From positions 16,951-80,950 of the forward strand of contig JAWKUN010000004.1 in the NCBI GenBank assembly GCA_041398565.1: a stretch of DNA of 64,000 bases, in the 5' to 3' direction. Shown here in pieces: positions 41,363-51,000 of the stretch. Source of the DNA: Planctomycetota bacterium (lineage in GTDB: Bacteria > Planctomycetota > UBA1135 > UBA2386). How positions within the stretch are numbered: the stretch's first letter is position 1; each line of letters begins with the position of its first letter. The notes under the pieces were generated by a model, which ran no database searches, was not told the origin of the DNA, and saw nothing but the letters and a program-made list of their open reading frames with translations. The position numbers and the translations under genes were made by a program.

Positions 41363-43183
41363 TCAGTCGCGCACGTCTTGCGCGTGGAAGTACCCGTCCT
41401 GCGCCCACACGACCAGCAAGGCACCGGTGCTCGTGCCGAACAACATCTCGTCGCGCAGCGGTGTCGGCGACGGTGAGACGCGGACATTCACGCTCGGGCG
41501 CGGCGCGCGTGCGAAGGGAGTGACGTGCGTGGTCTCGAGGAACTCGCCCTCGACCCAGCTGACCCAGGTCCGCGCACCGGCCGGCGTGAGCACCGCGCGT
41601 TCGACCGGCACCGGCAGGAACGCCCGCCGCCAGGGCGACGCCTCGCTCCAACGACTGTTCGCGCTGCGGCGGATTGCATGCTGCACGGTCTGCCCCTCGC
41701 GCCAAACCGCCATCAGCTCGGTGTCGACGTCCCCCAGCAAGGCCATGAAGCTCAGCGGTTCCTGTGTCGGACCGGCGATGGTCTGCTCCGACACGAGCTG
41801 GCCGGTGCCCTCGTAGAGCAAGGATCGCACGCTCTCGCCGGCCGCGTCGGAACGCCAGTCGAGCACCACGAGGCGCCCGCTACGGTCGACCCGCGCGGCC
41901 CAGCCCGCAGGCACGACCGGCGTATCGCTGCGCCAGGCGAGACCTTCCTGCCGCACGTAGCGGCTGCTCGACGGCGAGTCCGGCACCCGCAGCCAGACGT
42001 TGCCGTCGAGGGCGATGCCGCCGTCGGTCGGTGCGCCAGGCAGCGCTCGAACCGTCTCCCAACCCGCCTGTCGCCAGACGCGCACGTGCGACTGGCGCTC
42101 GGTCCGGGCGGTCACCGTCCACGCGACCGCCAGCTCGCCGCGGGAGCCAGAGTAGAGTCCGTCGAGCGCGAAGCGCTCGCCGGGGCCGCTCACCATGTCC
42201 ACGTTGCCGCCCTGGTCGCTGAGCCAGTATGCACGCAGCGCACTCGTGGTCTGGATCGTCGATGCGAGGAGGAGGACCGCCTGCCCGGTGGCGCTCACGT
42301 GCAGGCGCAGGACACCGGCGATCGCGGCCGAGATCGGTGGCAACGGGTCCCAAATGCGCGTGCCGCCGCTGCCGAAGCGACGGCTGAGCCACGCCCGGAT
42401 CAGCACGAGGTCGGCCGAGAACGGGTCGGGAAGGACGGTCGCCACCACGACGGTGCCGGCGCCGCGGGCCACATGGAGGTCCGGGGTCGAGCTGCCGACG
42501 CTTCGATCGATCACCGACGCTGGCCGCCAACCCGCGTCGCGGTCGTACTCGGCGACGAGGACTTGGCCCTCGTGGATCCATGCCAGCGAGCCCCCACCAC
42601 CGACGAGGTCCGAAGCGAAGATCGGCGGTGCATCCCCGGCGCCTCCGAGAGCGACCGCCGGAGCGCTCCACGACGGCCCGCGCGGGCGCACGGAGAAGCG
42701 GACCGGCGAAGTCGGCAACGCCATGGGCCCGCCGTCCTTCGCGTACACCTCGCGCTCGAAATTCAACGCATACTCGTCGTCCGCCAGGTCGGCGGCGGGT
42801 CGGAAGCGCACGACGTTCCCATCGACCTCGACCTGACCCGGCACGCGCAGCGCGGCGCCGTCGAGCAGGATGAGGGTGCGGTCCGACACCGAGGTGGGGT
42901 CGACCTCGTGCAGGAGCCGCACCTGCGGCACGGCGTCGCCACCCACCCACTGGCCCTCGGCGGGGGTGACCGCAGGTGCCTGCGCGCCCGGCGCCGATCC
43001 CTGGCCGCCTCCCGAGCACCCGGCGAGAGCGAGCCCGGCGGCCGCGGCCGACCCGAGGCGGATCCCCTGCAGGCGGCCCCTCTGCGAACGGAGAGCCTGC
43101 GGACGGATCTCGGCAGCACGGGGCGCTTCGTCCCTCGGCGTGCGAACGGAGGACCAACCGACGAGTCGGAGGAGAGCCTGCAT
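41363..43183 (-). CDS. Putative lipoprotein with N-terminal Ig-like (SbsA/Big_5-like) domain and repetitive beta-rich body
   Basis: ATG at 43183 (GTG at 43189 is also possible). Lipobox 'LALAGCSGG' lies ~55 aa in. Ig-like segment 'VTPAEGQWVGGDAVPQVRLLHEVDPTSVSDRTLILLDG...VVRFRPAADL'. The rest is Trp/Arg-rich and beta-like, with no recognised family. Confidence 0.55.
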   Translation of the reverse strand: MQALLRLVGWSSVRTPRDEAPRAAEIRPQALRSQRGRLQGIRLGSAAAAGLALAGCSGGGQGSAPGAQAPAVTPAEGQWVGGDAVPQVRLLHEVDPTSVSDRTLILLDGAALRVPGQVEVDGNVVRFRPAADLADDEYALNFEREVYAKDGGPMALPTSPVRFSVRPRGPSWSAPAVALGGAGDAPPIFASDLVGGGGSLAWIHEGQVLVAEYDRDAGWRPASVIDRSVGSSTPDLHVARGAGTVVVATVLPDPFSADLVLIRAWLSRRFGSGGTRIWDPLPPISAAIAGVLRLHVSATGQAVLLLASTIQTTSALRAYWLSDQGGNVDMVSGPGERFALDGLYSGSRGELAVAWTVTARTERQSHVRVWRQAGWETVRALPGAPTDGGIALDGNVWLRVPDSPSSSRYVRQEGLAWRSDTPVVPAGWAARVDRSGRLVVLDWRSDAAGESVRSLLYEGTGQLVSEQTIAGPTQEPLSFMALLGDVDTELMAVWREGQTVQHAIRRSANSRWSEASPWRRAFLPVPVERAVLTPAGARTWVSWVEGEFLETTHVTPFARAPRPSVNVRVSPSPTPLRDEMLFGTSTGALLVVWAQDGYFHAQDVRD

Positions 43184-43288
43184 GCGCACTCTTAGCCCGG
43201 CGGAGTGCCCGGGTAACCCTCGGTGCCTACGCCGGAACGCCCGGTGGCACCGGCTGTCCGCCGTCCGGCCGAGCGGTCCGCGCGCTCA

Positions 43289-43365
43289 CAAGGAAGCAGG
43301 CTGCGCCAGCTTCCTTGCTCGGTGTTGCTGGCGGTCGCCCTTGCGACCGCGAGCCCTCCGGGCTC
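43289..43365 (-). terminator. Three consecutive GC-rich hairpins after the glycosyltransferase stop (candidate intrinsic terminator region, no U-tract)
   Basis: - GAGCCC-tcc-GGGCTC (43351-43365, includes the stop).
- GCGGTCGC-cctt-GCGACCGC (43331-43350).
- CAAGGAAGC-(11 nt)-GCTTCCTTG (43289-43317). Confidence 0.35.
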
Positions 43366-44500
43366 AGACCCGGGCAGCCTGCGAGCACGCGTGGGCGAAG
43401 CCGGCGAGGTGCTGCAGGTGCTTCTTGCGCTCGATCGCCTCGGCGGCGAGAGGCAGGCCCGCGGCCTGCAGGATCCGCTCCCACCGGTAGACCCAATCGT
43501 GACGCTGGAGCACGTTGGTCATGTTGGCGCGGCGGATGCGTGCGACGCGATCGGGGTCGGCCTCGAGAGCCTCGATCACGGCCTCGGGACGATCGGTGTT
43601 CCAGTTCATCGGCACGACCGCGTCGGGCCAGTCGAAGTTGTCGAGGAACGTCTGGCACTGCGGCGGCTCACCGATCATCACGGCACCGCCGGCGGCGCCC
43701 TCGAAGTGGCGCGAGCCGATCTCCTCTTGCCCGCGCGTCTCCGCGTGGTCGATCTTGGCACGGTTGGCCACGAAGTACTTGCACCGCTTGATCATGTTGG
43801 CGAGCAGGAAGCGGTGGTCGAGAGGGTCGATGACGCGGTTGGCGGCAAACGTGTCGTAGGCGTAGAACCAGCCCCGCTCGCGTGCCAGGCGCAGGAAGGC
43901 TTGATGGGTCGTCGGCGAGCGACGTCCCATGCTGTAGACCTCGATCCCACGCGCCGGTGGATCTTCGCCAGGGAAGAAGGTGACGGCGTCGACCGACGGC
44001 GCCATGAAGGACACCGGGCGGCCGATGTCGCGCTGCAAGGGTTCGACCGCGCCGGCGCACGACAGGAAGACGTGGTCGAACTGACGGAGGAGCACGGTCT
44101 CGTGCCGCCGCCGCGGCAGGTCGGCCGACCACATCTCCTCGACGTAGCAGATCTTCTTGCGGCCGTTGCCGATCCAGGCGGCGATCGGACCCAGTCCCAG
44201 GAGGTCACCGATGTCCTCGCAGCACACGAACACGAGGTCGTACTGCCGCGACACCAGCGGCGCGGCTTCGCGGAGCTGGGGCTGGCGGCCGAGCAGGTCG
44301 TAGCCCCGGCGCAGGAAACGACGCTTCCACATCCGGATCGGCGGCACCTCGGGGTAGACGAGGTCGGCGCGGTCGAAGCGGGTGATGAGCTCCTCGAACT
44401 CGTACAGCGTGCACCGCGAGATGTGCGGTGCGCGCCGCCGCTGCGAGACCACGAGGATCCGGGCGCCGGCGGGATGGCTGGAGACGGTGAAAGGGAGCAT
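43364..44500 (-). CDS. CgeB-like / DUF3880-type glycosyltransferase family protein, putative
   Basis: ATG at 44500 (verified). The tracked ORF upstream of it overlaps the rfbC-like gene on the other strand. The C-terminal half 'RHFEGAAGGAVMIGEPP...DRVARIRRANMTNVLQRHDWVYRWERIL' resembles Glyco_trans_1_2/CgeB proteins. Confidence 0.6.
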   Translation of the reverse strand: MLPFTVSSHPAGARILVVSQRRRAPHISRCTLYEFEELITRFDRADLVYPEVPPIRMWKRRFLRRGYDLLGRQPQLREAAPLVSRQYDLVFVCCEDIGDLLGLGPIAAWIGNGRKKICYVEEMWSADLPRRRHETVLLRQFDHVFLSCAGAVEPLQRDIGRPVSFMAPSVDAVTFFPGEDPPARGIEVYSMGRRSPTTHQAFLRLARERGWFYAYDTFAANRVIDPLDHRFLLANMIKRCKYFVANRAKIDHAETRGQEEIGSRHFEGAAGGAVMIGEPPQCQTFLDNFDWPDAVVPMNWNTDRPEAVIEALEADPDRVARIRRANMTNVLQRHDWVYRWERILQAAGLPLAAEAIERKKHLQHLAGFAHACSQAARV

Positions 44501-44563
44501 CCGGTCGGTAGGACTGGGATCGACAAACCCAGGACCCCATGTTGAAGCCGACCCGCGTTCCCT

Positions 44564-45109
44564 TTGCAATCCTCGAAGATGCGCCTGCACCGCACGCCTC
44601 TGCCGGGAGTGTTTCGGATCGAGCTCGAGCCGAAGGCGGACGCGCGCGGCACCTTTCTGCGAACCGTCTGTCGCGACTTCCTTCGCTCGCAAGGGCTTGT
44701 GGCAGACTTTCCGCAGAGCAACCTGGTGTGCAACGGCGCCCGAGGTGTGCTGCGGGGCCTCCACTTCCAGCGACCGCCGCATGCCGAGGTCAAGCTCGTC
44801 CACTGCCTGACGGGCGCGATCCACGACGTGGTCGTGGACCTGCGTCGCGAGCAGCCGACCTACGGCACGCATTTGGCCCTCGAGCTGAGCGCCGAGCGCC
44901 CCGAAGTGCTCTACGTGCCCGAGGGGTGCGCACACGGCTACCAGACTCTCGCCGCCGACGTGCTCGTCTATTACCACATGTCCGAGCCCTACCAGCCCGG
45001 GGCCGAGGGTCTCGTGCGCTACGACGACCCGCACCTCGGCATCGCCTGGCCGGTGCCGACGCCGACCGTGTCGCCCCGCGACCGCGACGGGGCTCCCTAC
45101 GCTTGGTGA
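44564..45109 (+). CDS. rfbC: dTDP-4-dehydrorhamnose 3,5-epimerase-like cupin
   Basis: Pattern 'PGVFRIELEPKADARGTFLRT...RGLHFQ.PPHAEVKLVHCLTGAIHDVVVDLR...LYVPEGCAHGYQTL'. An alternative ATG lies at 44579. Confidence 0.85.
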   Translation: MQSSKMRLHRTPLPGVFRIELEPKADARGTFLRTVCRDFLRSQGLVADFPQSNLVCNGARGVLRGLHFQRPPHAEVKLVHCLTGAIHDVVVDLRREQPTYGTHLALELSAERPEVLYVPEGCAHGYQTLAADVLVYYHMSEPYQPGAEGLVRYDDPHLGIAWPVPTPTVSPRDRDGAPYAW

Positions 45110-45133
45110 CGGTGGGACACGTCGCGCCGCCAG

Positions 45134-46510
45134 TCAGACCGGCCGCAGGAGGCCGTGCTGCAGCAGCGTGTCGGCCGCGTCGGCCAGCTCCTCGAAGGTG
45201 AGACCCGAGGCCCTCGCAGTGTCGAGCAGACTGTGGTGGCCGTCCGAGTGGTTCAACACCCAGAGCATTGCGACCTCCGGACGAGCCCGTCGCGGCAACC
45301 CCCCCTGCAACCCGTACAGGCCCCGCTTGCCAAGCTGCGCCTCGGCGTCGGGGACCAGGCTCTGGTAGCGCTGGTTGCGCTCGAGTACCCCGAGCACGTC
45401 GAGGTACATGGCGAGAGAATCGCCGAGCACCTGCGGGCGCACGAGGTCGAGGTCGTCCCCCGAGCTGTGATAGCCGGGGAAGGTGGAGTGCGTCGAGCGC
45501 GTGAGCGACCCGACCGGAAGATCGAACCGCGCCGAGCACCAGTTGCGCTCGTCGTAGCCGTAGGGCGTGAAGCCGATCACGCGGTACGCCACTCGCGCGT
45601 CGCGCAGTGCGCAGCGCGCCGCCGCGTCGACCTCGGCGTCCCCGCGCCGGCTCAGCTTGTAGGTGAACGGGGCCTCGTCTCCCAGGCAGTTGAGTACGAG
45701 GCCGTGCCGGATGCGCGATACGCGCTCCTGGTTCTGGCTCAGCCAGGCGACCGAGCCGATGCCGCCGGGGATGAACAGGATGCGGTACGAGTAGCGCCGC
45801 TTGGCGCCAGCGAGGGCGCGGGCGAGCGCGGCGAGCACGACGACCCCGGAGAGGTTGTCGTTGCAGAGAGACGGGTGGCACACGTGCGTCGACAGCAGGA
45901 TCTCCTCGTCGCTCTCGCCGGGCAGGAGGGCCTCGCCCCACTCGAGCTTGCCACCCTCGTCCAGATCGGCGTCGACGCACACCTCGTACTGCCCGGGCCG
46001 AAGGCGTTCCAGCTGGCGGTGTGCCAGGCAGAAGCCCCAATCACGCTTGTAGTAGCTCGTGCGGTAGGGGATCCAGTCGGGTTGGTCGGGCAGCGAATAG
46101 AGGTGCGGCCGCAACTCCTCGAGCGACAGAGTGCAGCGCACCGGCGTCGAGTAGTTGACGACGTGCAGGTTGCAGCGCGTGAAGTCGACGATCTTGTCGC
46201 CGTCGGGCCCCTTGATCCAGGCATCGCGGATTCGCCACTCGGGCGGCACGGTCCAGTCGAACACCTGCGACAGGGACGCGACGCCGTGCACCGACAGGCC
46301 AGGAACCTCCTCCGCCAGCAAGGCCAGGGTCTGGCGCAGGCCAGGCCCGGTGATGCTCCGGCAGATCGGAAAGAGACGCGCCATGGTGGCGTGGAGTTCG
46401 TGGCCGACCGCGGCGGGGTCGAGCTGGGCACGCACCTTGTGAACGGTCGACAGCATGGTGAGATGAGGGGCAAGCGGCCGCCCGAGGCCCGAACGTGACG
46501 GACACGGCAT
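45134..46510 (-). CDS. DUF4910 / aminopeptidase-like domain protein (common in polysaccharide loci)
   Basis: Pattern 'LFPICRSITGPGLRQTL...VFDWTVPPEWRIRDAWIKGPDG...LLSTHVCHPSLCNDNLSGVVV...RILFIPGGIGSVAWL'. The start may be the ATG at 46456. Confidence 0.75.
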   Translation of the reverse strand: MPCPSRSGLGRPLAPHLTMLSTVHKVRAQLDPAAVGHELHATMARLFPICRSITGPGLRQTLALLAEEVPGLSVHGVASLSQVFDWTVPPEWRIRDAWIKGPDGDKIVDFTRCNLHVVNYSTPVRCTLSLEELRPHLYSLPDQPDWIPYRTSYYKRDWGFCLAHRQLERLRPGQYEVCVDADLDEGGKLEWGEALLPGESDEEILLSTHVCHPSLCNDNLSGVVVLAALARALAGAKRRYSYRILFIPGGIGSVAWLSQNQERVSRIRHGLVLNCLGDEAPFTYKLSRRGDAEVDAAARCALRDARVAYRVIGFTPYGYDERNWCSARFDLPVGSLTRSTHSTFPGYHSSGDDLDLVRPQVLGDSLAMYLDVLGVLERNQRYQSLVPDAEAQLGKRGLYGLQGGLPRRARPEVAMLWVLNHSDGHHSLLDTARASGLTFEELADAADTLLQHGLLRPV

Positions 46511-46634
46511 CCGCCAAGAAGTCTCGCAGCGGCCGGAACGCGGGTTGCTACCGAGTTACCCGCGCCGCCGCGGAGGTAGACTCAAGCATTCCTGCCTAGA
46601 CGCGGCTTGTCCACCTCGGCCTTTTGCAACTCCT

Positions 46635-48020
46635 ATGCGTCTGGTTTCCGCTTTCGTCCTATTCGCCGTTTCGCTCCCTGCCCCGCGTGCGCAGGTGGAG
46701 CTCGTCAATCCGAATCCCTCCACCGCGCCCGTGACCCGCAAGTATGCGGTCATGGTGTGGGATTCGGTGCGCGAGCGGGTCGTGCTGTTCGGCGGCCAGG
46801 AGGACTTGGCCGCCTACCACAACGACACCTGGGAGTGGGACGGGACCCGCTGGACCGAGAGGCAGCCGTTGCATCGCCCCCCGGCGCGAGAAGACCACAT
46901 GATGGCGTTCGACTCGGTGCGGGGCCGCGTGGTGCTGTTCGGTGGTCATGACGTGAACGTCCGCTTCCTCAACGACACGTGGGAGTGGGACGGCGTCGAC
47001 TGGCATCCCATGGCGCCGGCGACGGTGCCGTTCGCGCGCGCCTACGGCGCCATGGCCTTCGATCCCGTGCGCCAGCTCGTCGTGATGTACGGCGGCGTCG
47101 ACTCGGCGACGCGCGAGATCGGCGAGACCTGGGAGTGGAACGGCACGAACTGGCGCCCACGCTTCCCCTACCGGGAGCCCGGAAGACGCACGCAGCACGC
47201 GATGTGCTGGGACCCGGTGCGCCAGCGCGTCGTGCTCTACGGCGGCCAGACCAACGAGTCCGGATGGTTCGCCGACCAGTGGGAGTACGACGGGATCAAT
47301 TGGGTGAACGCGACCACCACGCCGGCCGGCCCCGCCATGTCGGACTTGCGCATGGTGTACGACACCCACCGCAGCCGCCTGGTCCTGTGGGGTGGGCGAA
47401 GCCAGCCGGCCAGCAGCGCATGGGAGCGCGACGGCGACACCTGGGTCCAGCGCACCATCCCGCCGCCACTGCCCACCGACCGGCACGCCCACACCATGGC
47501 GTTCGATGAGGTGCGCGGTGAGGTGGTGATCTTCGGCGGCTACGACGGCGGTGAGGTTCGCTACGGCGACACCTGGGTCTACCGCCCTGTGGCACCAGCT
47601 TCGGCCGCCTCCTTCGGTCACGGCTGTGGCGGACCGACATCGGTCCCGCCGGCGCTGAGCCTGGCCGACGGGCAGCGCCCATGGCTCGGCGACACCCTGG
47701 CCTGGCGCGTGCGCGGCGACACGCCCGCGAACCTGGCGGTGCTGTCGCTCGGCGTCTCGCGCACGACTTGGCGTGGAGCCAGCCTACCTGCCGACCTGGG
47801 TGCCTTCGGCATGTCCGGTTGCGAGCTTCTCGACAGCTCGGACGTGCTCCTCTCCATGCAGGTGTCCGCGCAGGGTGCCGACCTGGCCATGCCCATCCCG
47901 GTGTGGCGTGAACTGAACCGAGTCGAACTCTACGCCCAGGCCCTGGTGTTCGATCCCGCATCCAACCCGGCGGGCGCTGTCACCACCGGAGGGGTCGCTT
48001 TGCGCTTCGGGTCGCGCTGA
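46635..48020 (+). CDS. Secreted Kelch-repeat beta-propeller protein with a distinct C-terminal ~135-aa domain
   Basis: ATG at 46635 gives the signal peptide 'MRLVSAFVLFAVSLPAPRAQ'. There are five to six repeats of '...VLFGG...NDTWEWDG..W...'. For the C-terminal domain, see findings. Confidence 0.85.
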   Translation: MRLVSAFVLFAVSLPAPRAQVELVNPNPSTAPVTRKYAVMVWDSVRERVVLFGGQEDLAAYHNDTWEWDGTRWTERQPLHRPPAREDHMMAFDSVRGRVVLFGGHDVNVRFLNDTWEWDGVDWHPMAPATVPFARAYGAMAFDPVRQLVVMYGGVDSATREIGETWEWNGTNWRPRFPYREPGRRTQHAMCWDPVRQRVVLYGGQTNESGWFADQWEYDGINWVNATTTPAGPAMSDLRMVYDTHRSRLVLWGGRSQPASSAWERDGDTWVQRTIPPPLPTDRHAHTMAFDEVRGEVVIFGGYDGGEVRYGDTWVYRPVAPASAASFGHGCGGPTSVPPALSLADGQRPWLGDTLAWRVRGDTPANLAVLSLGVSRTTWRGASLPADLGAFGMSGCELLDSSDVLLSMQVSAQGADLAMPIPVWRELNRVELYAQALVFDPASNPAGAVTTGGVALRFGSR

Positions 48021-48071
48021 GGCGCGACGGCGGCGTGAGCTGTCTGGTCGCGTCCGGATTCGGCCGGATCT

Positions 48072-51000
48072 TCAGCCGCGCAGAGCGCGCTCGAGCAACT
48101 CGGCCTGCTCGCGCTTGTGCGCCTGCAGTGAGCCGGTCGCCGGACTCGCCGAAGGGCGGCGTGCGACCCACGCGGCGATCGCGTCGCAGTGCCAGCGCGC
48201 GTGCCGCAGGGCGCCCATGTTCGCCGGCTCTTCCTGACACCAGATCACCTCGGCTGCGGGCTGGGTCGAGAAGAGCGCGCGCAGCGCCGCCGTCGGCCAA
48301 GGGTAGAGGAGCTCGACCCGAACCAGCGCCACGTCGCGCACGTCCCATTCGCGGCGCGCCGCCGCCAGCTCGTGGTAGATCTTGCCGGTGCACAGGATCA
48401 CTCGTCGCGCCGACCCGCGCTCGACGACGGGGTCCTCGACGACCGCCTGGAACGCGCCGGCGCCGAGCTCGTCGATGGCCGAGCCGGCGGCTCGGTCGCG
48501 CAGGAGGCTCTTCGGGGTCATGACGACCAACGGCTTGCGGCGTGGATCGAGGGCCTGCCGGCGCAGCAGATGGTAGTACCGCCCCGCCGTCGACGGGTAC
48601 GCGACGCGCATGTTGTCTTCGGCACACAGCTGCAGGAAGCGCTCGAGGCGCGCCGAGCTGTGTTCGGGGCCTTGCCCGTCGTAGCCGTGCGGCAAGAGCA
48701 GGACCAGCGACGTCGCCTGCCCCCACTTGGCTTCGCCAGCGGCAATGAACTGGTCGATCTGGATCTGCGCGCCGTTGCAGAAGTCGCCGAACTGTGCTTC
48801 CCACAGGGTCAGGCCCCGGGGCGCGGCGACGCTGTAGCCGTACTCGAAGCCGAGCGCGGCCTCCTCAGACAGCAGGCTGTCGACCACCACGTACTTGGCT
48901 TGGCTGTCGCTCAGGAAGTTCAGCGGGATGTACTTGTGGCCATTGCTCTCGTCGAGAAGGACCGAGTGGCGCTGCGAGAAGGTGCCACGACCGCTGTCCT
49001 GTCCGGCCAGGCGCACGGGCACGCCGTCGCGGAGCAGGGTCGCGAACGCCAGGGTCTCGGCCAACGCGAAGTCCACCGGCTGCTCGCCCTGCGCCATCTT
49101 CACCCGGCGGTCGAGGATGGACCGCACCTTGTCGTGCGGATCGAAGTCGGCGGGCAACTGGGCGAGGCGCTGAGCGAGTTCGAGCAGCTCCGACGTCGCC
49201 ACGGCCGGGGTCGCATGTTCCCACGCCAGGTCGTCTTCGCGCACCTCGGCCCGCGGCAACGGAGTGCCAGGCGCCGACGTGTCGCGCACTTCCTTGAGCG
49301 CCGTGCGGTAGCGGTCGTGCAAGACCTCGTTGAAGCGCTCCACCTCGTCGGGCTGCAGTACCTTCGCCCGCACCAGGAAGTCCTGGAAGATCTCGCGCAC
49401 CGTGCGGTGCGCTTCGATCGTCTTGTACATCAGCGGCTGGGTGAAGCTGGGCTCGTCGCCCTCGTTGTGGCCGTGCCGGCGGTAGCCGACGATGTCGACG
49501 ACCACGTCGCGCTCGAAGCGCTGACGGTACTCCAGTGCCAGCCGGATGCAGCGGACGGCGCTCAGGGGGTCGTCGCCGTTGACGTGGAACACCGGCGCCT
49601 GGATCGACTTGGCGACGTCGGTGCAGAACGGCGTACTGCGCGCATCGGCCGGCAGAGTCGTGTAGCCGATCTGGTTGTTGACGATGATGTGCACCGTGCC
49701 GCCGGTGCGGTAGCCGCGCAGCTGCGACATGTTGAGGATCTCGGCGACCACGCCCTGGCCAGCGAACGCGGCGTCACCGTGCACCAGCACCGGCAGGACG
49801 TGGGCGCGGCGGTCGTCGCCGCCGAGCTGGTCCTGGCGGGCCCGCGCCATGCCCTCCACCACCGGGTCCACCGCCTCGAGGTGACTCGGATTGCTGGCCA
49901 GCTCGACGTCGATGGCCTTGCCCGACATGGTGGTGTAGGACGAACTCGATCCGAGGTGGTACTTCACGTCGCCCGACCCCTGCGTGGTCTTCGGGTCGAT
50001 GTGTCCCTCGAACTCGGAGAAGATCCGCTGCAGGCTCTTGCCGAGGATGTGGGCCAGCACGTTCAGGCGGCCACGGTGCGCCATGCCGAGCACGGCGCGC
50101 TCGATGCCGGCGTCCGCGGCGTGGTTGAGCAGGGCGTCGAGCACCGGGATCACCGTCTCGCAACCCTCGAGCGAGAAGCGCTTGTGGCCGACGAACCGCG
50201 TGTGCAGGAAGCGCTCGAACGCCTCGGCTTCCACCAGCTTGTCGAGCACGCGCAAGGTCACTTCGCGCGGCAGTTCGTCTTCGAAGCGGGTGCCCTCCAG
50301 ACGGGTGCGCAGCCACTCCTTCTGCTCCGGATCGGCGATGTGCATGAACTCGACGCCGACGTGACGTGTGTAGGTCGCGTGCAGGACCTCGTGGATCTCG
50401 CGCAGCTTGGCGATCGGCTTGCCCGCCAGGTTGTTGGTGAAGAACTCTCGATCGAGGTCCCACAGCGACAACCCGTAGTGGCTCATCTCCAGCTCGGGAA
50501 ACGAGCGGATCTGGTACTCGAGCGGATCGAGGTTGGCGAGCAGATAGCCGCGCACGCGGTAGGCGCGCACGTACTGCAGCACGCGCGCGGCGCGCTCCAT
50601 GTCGTCTTGGCGTCGCAGCGGCGAGCCCACGGCCGGACGCCGGTCGCGCATGAAGCCCAGCGGACGGAACGGGATCTTCAGGTCGGCGAACACCTCGTCG
50701 TAGAACGACGTGTCGGCGCCGGTGAGCAAGGCGTGCATCTGTGCCAGGAACTCGCCGGAATCGGCGCCCTGGATGACGCGATGGTCGTACGTGCTGGTGA
50801 CGGTCATCACCCGGCTGACACCCAGCTCGTTGAGCGTGCTCTCCGAGGCTCCTTGGTACTCCGCCGGCACGTCGATGGCGCCGGTGGCGAAGATGAAGCT
50901 CTGGCCGGACATCAGCCGCGGCAGGGAGCTGACCGTGCCGAGAGGACCGGGATTGGTGAGGGTGCAGGTGGTCTCTCGGAAGTCCTCGGGCGTCAGCTTG

